Shown: positions 41,591 to 54,399 of the stretch, in pieces
Layout of the letters: each line of letters starts with the position of its first letter
Numbering within the stretch: the stretch's first letter is position 1
Assembly: GCA_951406725.2 (NCBI GenBank)
Contig: OX597824.1
Coordinates: 50,096,001 to 50,160,000 of the forward strand
Reading direction: 5' to 3'
Length of the DNA stretch: 64,000 nt
Source of the DNA: Octopus vulgaris
Taxonomy: Eukaryota
Program-made: the position numbers and the translations under genes
Notes under the pieces: generated by a model
What the model was told of the DNA's origin: nothing
Databases searched by the model: none
What the model saw: the letters and a program-made list of their open reading frames with translations, nothing else

Positions 41591-44529
41591 ATTTAGATAT
41601 ACATAGTGGTAGATATACATAGTATTACAAAATAATGCGTAATAATATATAATAATACACACGTAACGTTTTCTGTTTCGAAACGATGTTAAAGCTCAAT
41701 ATTTACACGCAAAAAATTATGTCAGGTTCTCTTGAAGTTTCTAAATTCTTATGATGTAATTATGCTTTCAAACGTGAATGAAATGTCAGTTTACAACTAC
41801 GGCGTTTTAATTCTGTTTTAAGGGTGTAACTATAACCATCAGTTAGACCATTCAAATCCTAAGTAAATTCAGTTGGTATGAAAAAATTATTCGGTGCGGT
41901 TGGTGATAAGTCTTAGTTTTATAAATAATAGTTTATTTTTATAATCATTAATACTTACAATGCATAATTGTAGATGATTCGTGCGGTAATAAGTAATTAA
42001 CTTGTATTAATTAATAATTAATTCGTATAATAATAGTCAATTCTTGTCATCATAATTCATTCGGATGGTAATTAATAATTAATTCGTGTGATAGTAAATA
42101 GCTAATTCGTGTAATGATTGCCAGTTAATTTGTGTGATAAATAATAGTTGATTAATGTTATAATTAGTAGTCGGTTAAGACAAATCTTATTTAATGTTCA
42201 GATCATTAAATATACACAGTGTTTTATTTGCCTGCTCAGATTTTCGTTATGGTTTATGATTAAGATTGATTTCATAATCAAATTTTTTTACTTGAAGGTA
42301 TTTGTGGTCTTGTGTCTATGTTAAAAGTGATTTTATGCAGGGTGATTGTGTTTTCAATTAGTGAATGGTTTCTTAATATGTTATTATTGTGCTCAGCATA
42401 AATCAGATCAAACAGATTCATATCATAAGACGGTTACCTACCACTACCACTCATAGAACTTTTGTTCCAGTTATAGCAAGCCTCTGACCAGTTGAAAACC
42501 ACATTGAATCGTATGAAATAGTGTGATTGATCCAATAGAGTGCAAGGTTGTTATCTGAATAATGTCACTCTCTCTCCACAATTTCTGTACTCTCGTTGCT
42601 GATGTTGTTATCGAACCTCACTTCAACTCTGACGGAACAAACTTAGGTCTACAAACTTATGTCAACAGTCACTTATTCGTATTTATCCCAGCACAGTACT
42701 CGGGTTTAATAATGTTGTTGATGTTGATGCGATTTGTGTGTGTTTTTTTAATGTTTTACTGGGCCGATTAGGAGAGACTGTTTTCGTAAGATGGCTTTAT
42801 ACAATTGCGTTTTAAGGATGTATATGTGTCAGCTGATTGGAATGATTTTGTATGTTTTACCTACAAAGATTGATGCCTGATGCTCAAATGAAATGTGCTG
42901 CTCGTATGACCCGGTGAGTTTCTTTTTTACTATTTTTGTACAAGTGTGACCTGTGTGCAACATGTGATGATGCAAAATGAGTTATTTTTGTTGTTTATAT
43001 TTTATACTGTTTTTCACGGTGAAGAGACTGAGGGCTCAGGAATGGCTGACACAAAACCTAATTTATTGAATATATTGTTTCTATATCACTGTTGTTTCTT
43101 TCTATTAGGCAAACATGATACTGATATAAATGATACTTATATTCCTTTTCCTCTCACTATCAAATGCTCTCTGTGTGCTGTAAATGTTATGGAATTATTG
43201 TATGTATTTCCTCGAATTTTTGTTTTGTGAGTGTGTGTGCGTGCGTGAGCGCGCGCGCGTGTGTGTGTTTCTGTTATTCAGTGTGAAGGATTTTTTATTT
43301 TGCGCTTTTTGTGCTACTAATGATGAGGAAGACATTGGATTTGATACTATAAATCCATTGTTTTATCTAGGTTTCTAATGATTGAGGAGTTAGGGCTACT
43401 ATTAGTTTGTGTCTGGAGACTTGTGAGATGCTGATACTGTAATGTCTTAGGCGTATTATAGCATATTGCGGCTTTGTGGTACATATGTCACTATACTCCC
43501 AGAAACACCACCATCTGTTTTATTATACAAATTCTATCGCTGATAACTCACAAAGTTGATGGTAATCCACATCTTCAACCAGGTGGCCCTGCAGTGCACA
43601 AGAGTTTCCAGTTTTCATTTAGGAATTGTAGCTGCTTTGTGTTAAACAAGTGATTCGCATGGATGTTATTCGATATGCAAGGCCTTGGTCTACAGCGAGC
43701 TGAAATGCATCAGAAAGTTCGTTACAAAGTTTAGATGAAACGACATCGCGATGAAGAGGGTGGTGTGCTTACTGCTGCGTAGAAGACAGCGATTGAACGT
43801 GTGCAATGTTGGAGAGTTATGGAGAAAGGAGTAAAACTTGCAGACTTGAACTGGACGAAACAACAAAAAGAGAAATGAGAAAAAGCTAGAGTTAATATCC
43901 ACAACATCGGATCTATCGATAATATTCTCAGACATCTCAGGGCATATTTATACTTGCGCCTTTGGTCTACAGTGTCACGAAAGAGTGAAACCTAATTGAT
44001 GAAGTTACTTCATGGAATAAAAAAAATACAAAAAGAACTAAAAACTTGTTTTATTACTAAATTATATTTAATTACAAGCGACTGCCGAAAGAGACTGATA
44101 AGATTTTATTATTTTTTTTCATTATATTAATTATATTAGCCTCCTCAATTAATTATGTCTGGTTAACATGGTTTCACAAAATATACATTACTATTCAGTT
44201 TCATTCGTCAACCAACTTTACGTTTGTGTTTTTTTCCCTCCGCCGCCAGTGTCCCTCTAGTATTATTATTTAGCCACATTTAACCCAGTATGGTATATAA
44301 TCAAAGGAGTTCCTGCTGCAATTTTCTTTTCTTTTTCGGGTATAGTGTATCCTGGACTACATCAACCAGTGTTTTCATTTTAAGACAGAAGAGTGTTATA
44401 TCAAGGATATATGGCTGGAAAATATAGCGCATCGAACGACTACATACTTAATCGCTGGTTGCAGTATTTCCATGTCCCTGAAATTTGTCCGTTTTGGGGA
44501 TTGTTGTAGGAAGGGAAGCTGTTTGTATT

Positions 44530-45260
44530 ACCCCTAATTTACTTTGTGTTGTTGCCTGTTTGTCTCGTATTCTACCATTTTATTGTTTTTGTTGTGAAAA
44601 TCTTTATAGTATTGCGAGATGATTACTATGTAAGTTATATAGTTTTGTTGGGAGGTCTGTGCTCTTTCATTATATGGTGATGGTGTTGATTGTCTGCTGT
44701 GATATTTTATTGGGCAGTGATGTGTGACTTGTGACATTTTATTTGTTGGTGATTGTGGGGAACACGTACTGTGTGAATTGTCATATTTTATTGTTGCATG
44801 ATTGTGTAAATATGTAGTCTCTAATATTTATTATTTTGTCATAATGATAAATATAGAACATGTGATGTACTAGTTATAGAATTCAAAGTGTCTGGTTTTG
44901 CTTACTTGTAATATCTTAGGCCTATATTTTGGAATCCACAGCAAATTGGGAGGCATTGTATAGGAAATATGATTTTGTTCATGATCCTTTGTTTCTTCAT
45001 TACCGTTTTTATTGACACACACAACAACTTGTTTACTTTTTTTTACTAATTCGTAGTTTTTTATGCTTATAAATAATTTTGGAAGGATCTTCCGTGTTAT
45101 GTTTTGGTCAGAATATATCGAGATATCTAATAAAATATGCAAGTTCTCCTTTTAGTTTTTGATCCCGAGACCTCTTTTTCAGTCCCATTGTCCTTTATAC
45201 CGTATATTTTGAGTTTTAATATGTTATCATTATTACTAAAATATATTATATTATTATATT
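44530..45260 (-). pseudogene. Highly decayed PLE C-terminal/GIY-YIG remnant
   Basis: HISYTMPPNL (cf. ISYSCMPN) and HHCPIK...PY...TYIV (cf. CPL..VIY..TYIG); weak. Confidence 0.35.
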
Positions 45261-45379
45261 ATAATAATTCTCCCATCTCACCGCCTAATTACATAAACAG
45301 TGACGGGGCAAAATGGTTAGAGCGTTGGATAAAATGTTTTGCGATATTTCTTCTGGCAATGAAGACGACAGGATGGTAG

Positions 45380-45592
45380 GTTCGTTAGCACACCGGGCGA
45401 AATGCTTAGCGGTATTTCGTCTGCCGTTATGTTCTGAATTCAAATTACGCCGAGGTCGACTTTGCCTTTCATCCTTTCGGGGTTGATAAATTAAGTACTA
45501 GTTACGTACTGGGGTCGATGTAAACGACTTAATCCGCTTGTCTGTCCTTGTTTGTCCCCTCTGTGTTTAGCTCCTTGTGGATAGTAAAGAAA
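45380..45592 (+). mobile_element. Family B SINE
   Basis: cgttagcacaccgggcgaaatgcttagcggtatttcg...tttgcctttcatcctttcggggttgataaattaagtac. Confidence 0.9.
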
Positions 45593-45614
45593 TATATATA
45601 TATATATATATATA

Positions 45615-46058
45615 CATTGTGGCACTCCGCCGATTACGACGACGAAGAGTCCAGTTGATCCGATCAACAGATCAGCTTGCTCGTGAAATTATCGTGCAAG
45701 TGGCGGAGCACTCCACAGACATGTGCACCCTTAACGTAGTTCTCGGGGAGATTCAGCGTGACACAGAGTATGACAAGGCTGGCCTTTGAAAATACAGGTA
45801 CAACAGAAACATGAAGAAAAAGTGAGAGAAAGTTGGAGTGAATGAGCCTCGTGGCGCTTTAGGTGTTTTCGCTCAATATACATTCACAACGCCCGGTCTG
45901 GAAATCGAAGCTGCGATCCTACGACCGCTAGTCAGCTGCCTTAACCACTGAGCCATTGCAGCTTCACATAAACACTCACAACGCCTGATCTGGGAACCGA
46001 ATCCGCGATCCTACGACCGCGAGTCCGCTGCCCTCCCCACTGGGTCATTGCGTCTCCA
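45615..46058 (-). mobile_element. Family C SINE with duplicated tRNA head
   Basis: cacaacgcc..tctgg.aa.cgaa..gcgatcctacgaccgc.agtc.gctgcc occurs twice (~45885 and ~45977). Confidence 0.8.
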
Positions 46059-46433
46059 CACACATACACACATACACACACATACACACATACACACACA
46101 TACACACACACACATGATATGATGGAATATGTCGTCGTTAGCTTAGCTCGTCAAAATTTCAAAGCCACTGTGAACACCATTCTTGTATAAGAATAATAAT
46201 TTGTAGTCTATAAAAGTCTATAGCAGAGGCTGGGGGTCCCGCCTCCTAGGCACTCAGTTCTTTATAGTAGTATATGTACTATAGTATAAAAGATTATAAC
46301 TGAAAATAAAATAATTAATATATATATATAGCAAAAAGGATATGTACTATAGTTTCTAATGCAAACACCAGAGACACACGACTACAAGAACTAAAAGATA
46401 CCTTCATCACCAGGAACTATCCACCTTCACTTA

Positions 46434-47138
46434 TTGACTCAACTCAACATCCAGGAACTGAGACATCCCAAATCAAAGAAAAATTTACGACCAAAAGCCT
46501 TACCATACATCTCCACACACAACCCTCTCAACAATGAAGCCTTCGACACCATCCTCCAAAACATACCTCTCCTAAAAAAAGACCACAGAATGAACACAAT
46601 CCTCCAAACACACACGATCATAAAAATCAAGAGACAGCCTAAATCTATGAAAAGTCTCCTAACACAAGCCCGAATACACTCTTCATCACAGAAGCCGACA
46701 GTAAAAAGATGTGGAAGACCTAATTGCGGGATATGCGATTATCTAATTGAGGGATCAGAGTTCTCCTTCAAACAGGGACAACGGTTTACAGTGAAAAGCA
46801 ACTTCACATGTGCTTCGGAGAACCTGATATACACACTAACCTGCTCTGGGTGTCAAGAGCAGTACATAGGCCAAACAAAAAATAGTTTGCGTGAAAGAAT
46901 GGCCCTGCACAGATCCCAGATAAGAATTCCCCAAAACAGAAAAATAGCATTCAGCCAACACATAGATACTTGCGCCAACAACAAAACACCAAGCTTCAGG
47001 ATTTTCCCCCTCTACCAATTCAGGGACGATACAACCTCGAGACAACGAATAAGTAAAGAAACTCTCTTTATTCCAAAATACAGGCCTCTTCTTAACGGGT
47101 CTACGACAAACGATATATACACCTCAGCTTTAGAATAA
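46434..47138 (+). pseudogene. PLE C-terminal fragment: Cys linker plus GIY-YIG endonuclease (open frame, RT missing)
   Basis: RCGRPNCGICDY; ENLIYTLTCSGCQEQYIGQTKNSLRERMALHRSQI; KETLFI..LN. Confidence 0.92.
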
Positions 47139-47269
47139 CACAAATGCACACGCAAATATTACATTCCAAAGAATCTATTACAAATCAGCCCCAATCACAG
47201 CTATAACCCATAACGTGCCAACTTCAAGTCATACAACACCTCACTACTTCCACTCATTCATATTCTCCC

Positions 47270-47695
47270 TTCTCTTTCTTCTTCTTCCTCTTCTTCATCA
47301 TTACCATCATCATCATCATCTTCTTCTTCTTCTTCTTCTTCTTCTTCTTCTTCTTCTTCTCCTTCTTCTTCTTCTTCTTCTTCTTCTTCATCTTCTTCTT
47401 CTTCTTCTTCTCCTTCTTCTTCTTCTCCTTCTTCTTCTTCTTCTTCTTCTTCATCATCATCATCAACATCGTCATCATCATCATCATCATCATCTTCTTT
47501 TTCTTCTTCTTCTTCTTCTTCTTCTCCTTCTCCTTCTTCTTCTTCTTCTTCTCCTTCTCCTTCTTCTTCTTCTTCTTCTTCTTCTTCTTCTCCTTCTTCT
47601 TCTTCTTCTTCTTCATCATCATCAACATCGTCATCATCATCATCTTCTTCTTCTTCTTCTTCTTCTTCTTCTTCTTCTTCTTCTTCTTCTTCTTC
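47270..47695. repeat. (CTT)n/(CAT)n compound repeat
   Basis: Directly visible. Confidence 0.97.
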
Positions 47696-48063
47696 TGCTC
47701 CACCTTCTACTTCTTAACTTTATCACTAATGCTTTTTAGTATAACACCTACGCAAATTCTATAAACAAACCATTCAATAGAAATATTCTCATGAATTGAA
47801 CTGCAACTGCTAGCCGCCACTGACCATTCAAAATACGACAATCAAGGCACTCCCAAATTTTTCCACCCCTTCTCCTCCTCATCCTTCTTCTTCTTCTTCT
47901 ACCCTACCAAGAATTCACAACGACCTCGAACCCACAAGTGTAAACAAGAGAGACAGAGAAAGGCAGAAACAAGGAAAATGCCACTTATATTTGAATACTA
48001 TACAAATATTCCTTAAAAAAAACTTTTCTTTTAATTTTTCTAAATTTAATTGTTTAAACGTTA

Positions 48064-48101
48064 CAGTTGAAAAGGTCTCAAAATGACCGAAACCGGCACT
48101 G
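48064..48101 (+). ncRNA. Degenerate minimal HHR in the PLE 3' region
   Basis: cag-TTGAAAA-ggtc tcaaaat gacc-GAAAC-cg-GCA-ctg; stems intact, core mutated. Confidence 0.5.
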
Positions 48102-48153
48102 AAATTTTCTTTATAAAATTATTTTAGCATTTTCTATCTTGACTTGTTTTTTC

Positions 48154-48200
<47 letters not shown>

Positions 48201-48204
48201 CATG

Positions 48205-48302
<98 letters not shown>

Positions 48303-48310
48303 CTATATAT

Positions 48311-49101
48311 ATCAATAATTGAGGGTAAAATTAATTAGTTATTAATCAATTTCACCAAGTAGTGTTCAGTATGTAAAAGGACCATTTAAGGCGTATTCAA
48401 AATATTATATTATATAATTAGGGCTTAGTAAAATAAATTACTTTGCCACATACTGAACTTTCTAGAAATAGCAGCCAAAAAGTTTTTTAGCCATTTCCAC
48501 TACTTTAAGAAAAATTCTCCCAGATAATGTTTACTCAAAAATAACTCACGAAGATATGGAGGTAAAACAGTAAAATATCACAAGTACAAAGATCATTTGA
48601 GAACGTCACGTTTCTAGATTAGCCGAAATAAAACACAGCATTCCTTCGTCAGCTCAACATTTCTTAATTTTCGATTTGAAAGCACTAAAAGAATGAACAT
48701 ACCCGTCCGGCGATGTATCACCTCAGACAAACACCCTCAAACTGCCAGTACTAGCAAATTCAAAATGTACAAGCGAAGATTCATGTTCTTTCCTCTACCA
48801 CCCACGTGAGTTATCTAGTAAACATGCTATAACGGTGAGAACCGTAGTAACAGAACAGGGAGAAAGGAATTATAATATCAATAATTGAGGGTAAAATTAA
48901 TTAGTTATTAATCAATTTCACCAAGTAGTGTTCAGTATGTAAAAGGACCATTTAAGGCGTATTCAAAATATCATATTATATAATTAGGGCTTAGTAAAAT
49001 AAATTACTTTGCCACATACTGAACTTTCTAGAAATAGCAGCCTTCTAGAAAGTTCAGTATTTGGCAAAGTAACTTATTTTACTAAGCCCTAATTATATAA
49101 T
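48311..49101. mobile_element. HHR mini-element, family 1 variant: 566-nt unit plus 59-nt inverted arm, in (TA)n
   Basis: atcaataattgagggtaaaatt at 48311 and 48877; 49043-49101 inverted; colinear homology with 15512-16457. Confidence 0.9.
48597..48657 (-). ncRNA. Type I hammerhead ribozyme
   Basis: ttgag-CTGACGA-aggaatgctg...cggctaatcta-GAAAC-gtgac-GTT-ctcaa; stem II imperfect. Confidence 0.72.
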
Positions 49102-50115
49102 ATGTACTATATATATATATATATATGAAACCAATGTTTATCGCCACCTAAACGTGGGCATTCTTTTAAAACACTCGATATATAAATTGCAAGCGGAGAG
49201 AGAACTCCCTACTATTTTACCTCTTGAGAAGCGAGAAGTCTTGGGAACCATGCCGATTCAACAGCCATCCAGCAGCCCTGCAGCTGGGAGTGAGAGATAC
49301 CTACTGTGTTCGGACATCTCTCTAGGAGAAGAAAAACCCTGATGTAACCTCGCGACTTTATTTGCATCCAATGATACAGATCAGTTCCACTTTTGGGCCA
49401 AATAGCAAATGCATATGCCGTTGAGAGAATGTAAGATTTCTTGGATTTCTTCACTTTACAAAGTTTCAAGTACAGGCATCCTTTGATTTAAAAAACATTA
49501 TCCTTAAAATGTAAGATGAGCTGCATACTATGGCTGGCTGTTGCCATGGTGAATTAAGGTATGCGTCAGCATGGTTTGGAAGCTATCTGAAAACCTTCTG
49601 CAAAAAGGTGCCCATCATTGTCACATATGAGCGTAAGAGTGTAGGTCTGTTGAAGGACTGAAAACCCCGCTCATGTTCAAGAAAACAGTCATGACATAAT
49701 AATGTTCGAAATCGAATTGTAGTTATCCTGTATACTACGCATGATTAACTCAGTCCTCAGTATGAAGACTATTCATACAAAAACAATATTTCAATGTAGA
49801 GTCATTTATTTTAATAATATAAAAGGCGTCCAATACTTGAACAAACATTTTAACACGTACTCCGCACAAACTCACTCACTCACTCAGACACTCACTCAGA
49901 CACTCGCTCACTCACTCACTCACTCACTCACTCACTCACTCACTCACACGTGCCCTCTCACATACACATACATACACTCACAAACACACACACTCACACA
50001 TACATACTCACATACACACACAAAGACAACAACAAATCTATTTAATAGGTGACAAAGGACAAGTAGTGTTGCATTCCTGGAGAATAATCAGTTGGTTTGG
50101 TAATTCCTCTGTGAA

Positions 50116-50173
<58 letters not shown>

Positions 50174-50240
50174 ATGTATGTGTGTGGGTGTGTGTGTGTT
50201 TGTGCGTGTGTGTGTGTGTATGTGTTTGTGTGTGTGTGTT

Positions 50241-50282
<42 letters not shown>

Positions 50283-50369
50283 ATATGTCTACCGCCTTGG
50301 GTTCGACTTGAGCACTTCTACGCAATATTTTTCGAAAGAAAATTATAATTACACACACACACATGCATA

Positions 50370-50679
<310 letters not shown>

Positions 50680-51618
50680 TATGTACATATGTATATATAG
50701 GTGTTTTCATCCAAGATAGAGACGAACACCAAAATTCCATGTGACAAGCTTGATAATTGCTTAGTGACATCTCTTCTATCATAAAACTAATGGTAGCCTG
50801 GTTGACCTACGATTAAAGAATATTTATCCACCAATGTGGTGTTGAACACCCATTCTCACTGTTAGATATTAATGTATATAACATATATATATATATGTTT
50901 GTGTGTTTATGTATTGATATATATGTGTATATAAAAATGATATTTATATGTACATACATAGATACACACACACACACACATACACATCTTTCTAGCTCTT
51001 ACACATAATGTCTTTTCTATATACTATATACTATCAGAAAGGTAACTCTAAATGCCTCTAAACTGACGCAACCTCAGCATGATGCATTTGCCAAGAATAG
51101 AGTACAAATACATCCAAAGACAAAGTGTTCGGCGAGTTGACTTCTGTTAATAGTAGTAAATAGCTTTTTTTTAATTCTACTATTTGAAATACCGCTCACA
51201 CAGTTCACAGTTCATCTACCTTTGTTGTTGAGATAAATTTATAATAAACCATAAACCGTTGATGCAACTTTCCCTTCAAAATATAAAAAAAAAAAAGAAA
51301 TAACAACAAAAACAATATATTCATAGAAGAAATAACAAAAGCAGAGAGAAAATAAAACAAAATTTGTTACAGCTTGTTTGATACATACACACACACTTTT
51401 ATGCAGGTACACAATATGTATATGTATATATGTACGTGCATATGCATAAAGATGATGTTATCGCGTTCTATTTACACCGTTAACTCGCCAATCTCTATAT
51501 TATGTCGTATCATATATTGATGCGGTCGAGATAGCTGCGTTAAATACTTGGTAACTTCACCACATAAACACACAAGGGCACATGCACACACATGCACACA
51601 TACACACACATAAATGTA

Positions 51619-51655
<37 letters not shown>

Positions 51656-51692
51656 TACATACACACACAAATATACATACGCACAAATATAA

Positions 51693-51741
<49 letters not shown>

Positions 51742-52522
51742 CACACACATATATATGCAAATACAGGCGCACGCCCACACACACAAACTCACATAGACAT
51801 ATAGACATATTCATATACACACATAACCGCACCACCCATTAAAGATTGATGGGAGAGTAACATCTCCACTCAATATGGATTCTGTTTACGGTATGTCGCC
51901 ACCTTTACAATTTATCATGCTTCAACCGGCGATATAGGATTATAAAATAACCGGCTATATAGCTTGTATAAAACAACCGGCTATACAGCGTATATAAAAT
52001 ACATGCATACATAAATACATACACACACACACACACACATGTATATATATGTATTTTTATATATGTATGCTTATATGTATGTGTGTATGTATGCATGTTT
52101 GTATGTATACATGCATATGGATATCATAGTTCATAACAGCGGAAACTATTTCTTTCACACTCTTCATTTCACATATCTATAGATAAGTGTGTGTGTGTGC
52201 GTCTGCGTGTGTGTGGTAGCTGGGTGAATGTATGTGTGAGTGTGAATGGGTGCGTGAGTACGTGTATGTCTGTACGTTGTATGCGTCTGGGTATATGCAT
52301 GTATTTGTCTATATTTCTATGTGTGCGCATGAGAGTATTTGTGTGTAAGTGTATGTATAATTATGTGCATGTTTTCGCGCGCATATGTGTCGGTGACCGT
52401 TTGAGCATGTGGCTATGTACATATATATTTATGTTTGTGAGTGCTTTTTAAGTAGTTCTTGTCTCCCTCTCTCTTTCTCTCTATAAATATATACATACAC
52501 ATATATATATAAATACATACAT

Positions 52523-52569
<47 letters not shown>

Positions 52570-52570
<1 letters not shown>

Positions 52571-53312
52571 CAATAATAATTCTCTAAAAGAGATATAGAC
52601 AGTAACTGCTCGATAACATAAGGGACTAAAGCCATCTGAATATGGCTAGGGACAGGGCAGGGTGGTGGGGGTGTTACTGTTGCATTTAGCCCCAGGCGAA
52701 CATCGACGTCACCAGAAAGGCTAGACACCGTCACGGTGTCCTTATCCTGCAAAGGGAGGTAATTCCCCGATGAAGCGGAAACCACACACGGACCATGGTT
52801 TCAAGGTGTATTGCCTATCGTCGGCGTGTGGTAGGCTTCCGCTTCCTCGACGAATTCTCACTCTGCAGGATTTTCACATATAGATTTTCAAGCAAAATAC
52901 ATTTGCTGATTTCGAAAATCTGTTCGAAAGCAATAATAATTCTCTAAAAGAGATATAGACAGTCCCTTATGTTATCGAGCAGTTACTGTCTATATCTCTT
53001 TTAGAGAATTATTATTGCTTTCGAACAGATTTTCGAAATCAGCAAATGTATTTTGCTTGAAAATCTATATGTGAAAATCCTGCAGAGTGAGAATTCGTCG
53101 AGGAAGCGGAAGCCTACCACACGCCGACGATAGGCAATACACCTTGAAACCATGGTCCGTGTGTGGTTTCCGCTTCATCGGGGAATTACCTCCCTTTGCA
53201 GGATAAGGACACCGTGACGGTGTCTAGCCTTTCTGGTGACGTCGATGTTCGCCTGGGGCTAAATGCAACAGTAACACCCCCACCACCCTGCCCTGTCCCT
53301 AGCCATATTCAG
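52570..53312. mobile_element. HHR mini-element, family 3: 360-nt unit as a near-perfect head-to-head inverted duplication
   Basis: gcaataataattctctaaaagag at 52570 and 52930; 52961-53312 is a circularly permuted reverse complement; the same 50-aa N-terminal spurious peptide appears on both strands in the ORF track. Confidence 0.92.
53103..53176 (+). ncRNA. Type I HHR with long stem I and CCGACGA core (mirror copy 52772-52845, minus)
   Basis: gaagcggaa..accacacg-CCGACGA-tagg caataca cctt-GAAAC-catg-GTC-cgtgtgtggtttccgcttc. Confidence 0.85.
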
Positions 53313-54109
53313 AACCTTGAACTTTGCTCTGCATGGACACTAGGTTTTAACGTTCTAGTTTCTACTATTTGCAGCAGTGCTTGGAAGCAAGGAGTGTAGA
53401 GTGTGGTCGTCGTTTTGACCATGACAGAGAAAGTTGTCAAGGCGATGCCTGTTTAGATGTCTACGCAAAGTTACAGAAAGTGTATGATGAGTTGTGTATG
53501 AGCCGCACACAAGTGTACGAGTCGTTCAGACGTTTCCAAGATGGTCGAAAAAATGTCAATATTGACGAACGTTTTGGGAGACCCGCAACCAGCAGAACTG
53601 AGAAAAAACATCGCAGATGTGCTGTGAGAGGAAATCGTCGAATCCTTATCCGTGAGTTATCAGAAGATTTGCAGATTAGTTATGGTTCAGTTCAATTCCA
53701 TCATCACAGGGGATTTGGGTATGAGATGCGTGTCTGCCAAGTTTGTGCTAAAACTGCTTTCAGCTGACCAAAAATACACTCAGGTTTCAGTTGCAAAAGG
53801 TCTTGATTGTGTGGAGTACGATGAAAACATTTTGAAAATTTTGCGTGGGTCTCTGAGCAGATATCGCCAAGCTTTTGGAAACATTTGTTGCAGATTGTCT
53901 GCTCAACTTTGTCATGGACAATGCGACGATCACACACTACACGCCTTCCTTCCCAGCACTGTTGTAAACAGCAGAAGTGAGTTAGAATGTTAAAACTTAG
54001 TGAGCATGCACAACAGAGTTCAAGGTGAATCTGTTTCAAGCGGCTTTACTCTGCGTGCCTCAGCTTTGTTACTATGGCAACAATCCGGATACTTATTGAT
54101 CAGAGCACG
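53313..54109 (+). mobile_element. Internally deleted mariner element with long TIRs; left end missing
   Basis: HTH remnant LQKVYDELCMSRTQVYESFRRFQDGRKNVNIDERFGRP; 53313-53357 inverted at ~53982-54026; right end ggatacttattgatcagagcacg-TA. Confidence 0.88.
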
Positions 54110-54399
54110 TATATTTGATTATGTCCATATGTTCAAGTAAGAACTTTGAATAGAGAATCTATAAAATTTTTTTTACAAATTTTCCCTGTTCCTCTGATAA
54201 ATTGCATCTGAAGACTGTGAATTAATCTGCTCTGTTCAGTTTTGGAGAACTTAAGCTTTTTCCAGGTTTCTATGGAGGTCTGTTGTTGCGTATCCAAGGG
54301 CACCTGTAATAGGTGAAAATGAAACACCTGGATACGAGAGCTGTATGTTTCTCATCATAAGGTATTAAACTCATCTGCAGTTTTTGAACAAGCATTCAC

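Larger units (their letters stand above)
46330..48152 (+). mobile_element. 5'-truncated Penelope-like element (Neptune-like), flanked by (TA)n
   Basis: GIY-YIG ORF, 3' UTR containing (CTT)n, degenerate HHR near the 3' end. Confidence 0.85.

Noticed and set aside
46140-46295. Helitron-like 5' end (TCTTTTATACTA on minus)
   Set aside because: No 3' hairpin or CTAG terminus found
49400-49740. Possible RTE LINE C-terminal remnant
   Set aside because: Motifs too eroded to support
52429-53399. Twin ORFs beginning MVSASSGNYLPL on opposite strands
   Set aside because: By-product of the inverted duplication; GTG start lies in HHR stem I and the frames run into unrelated flanks
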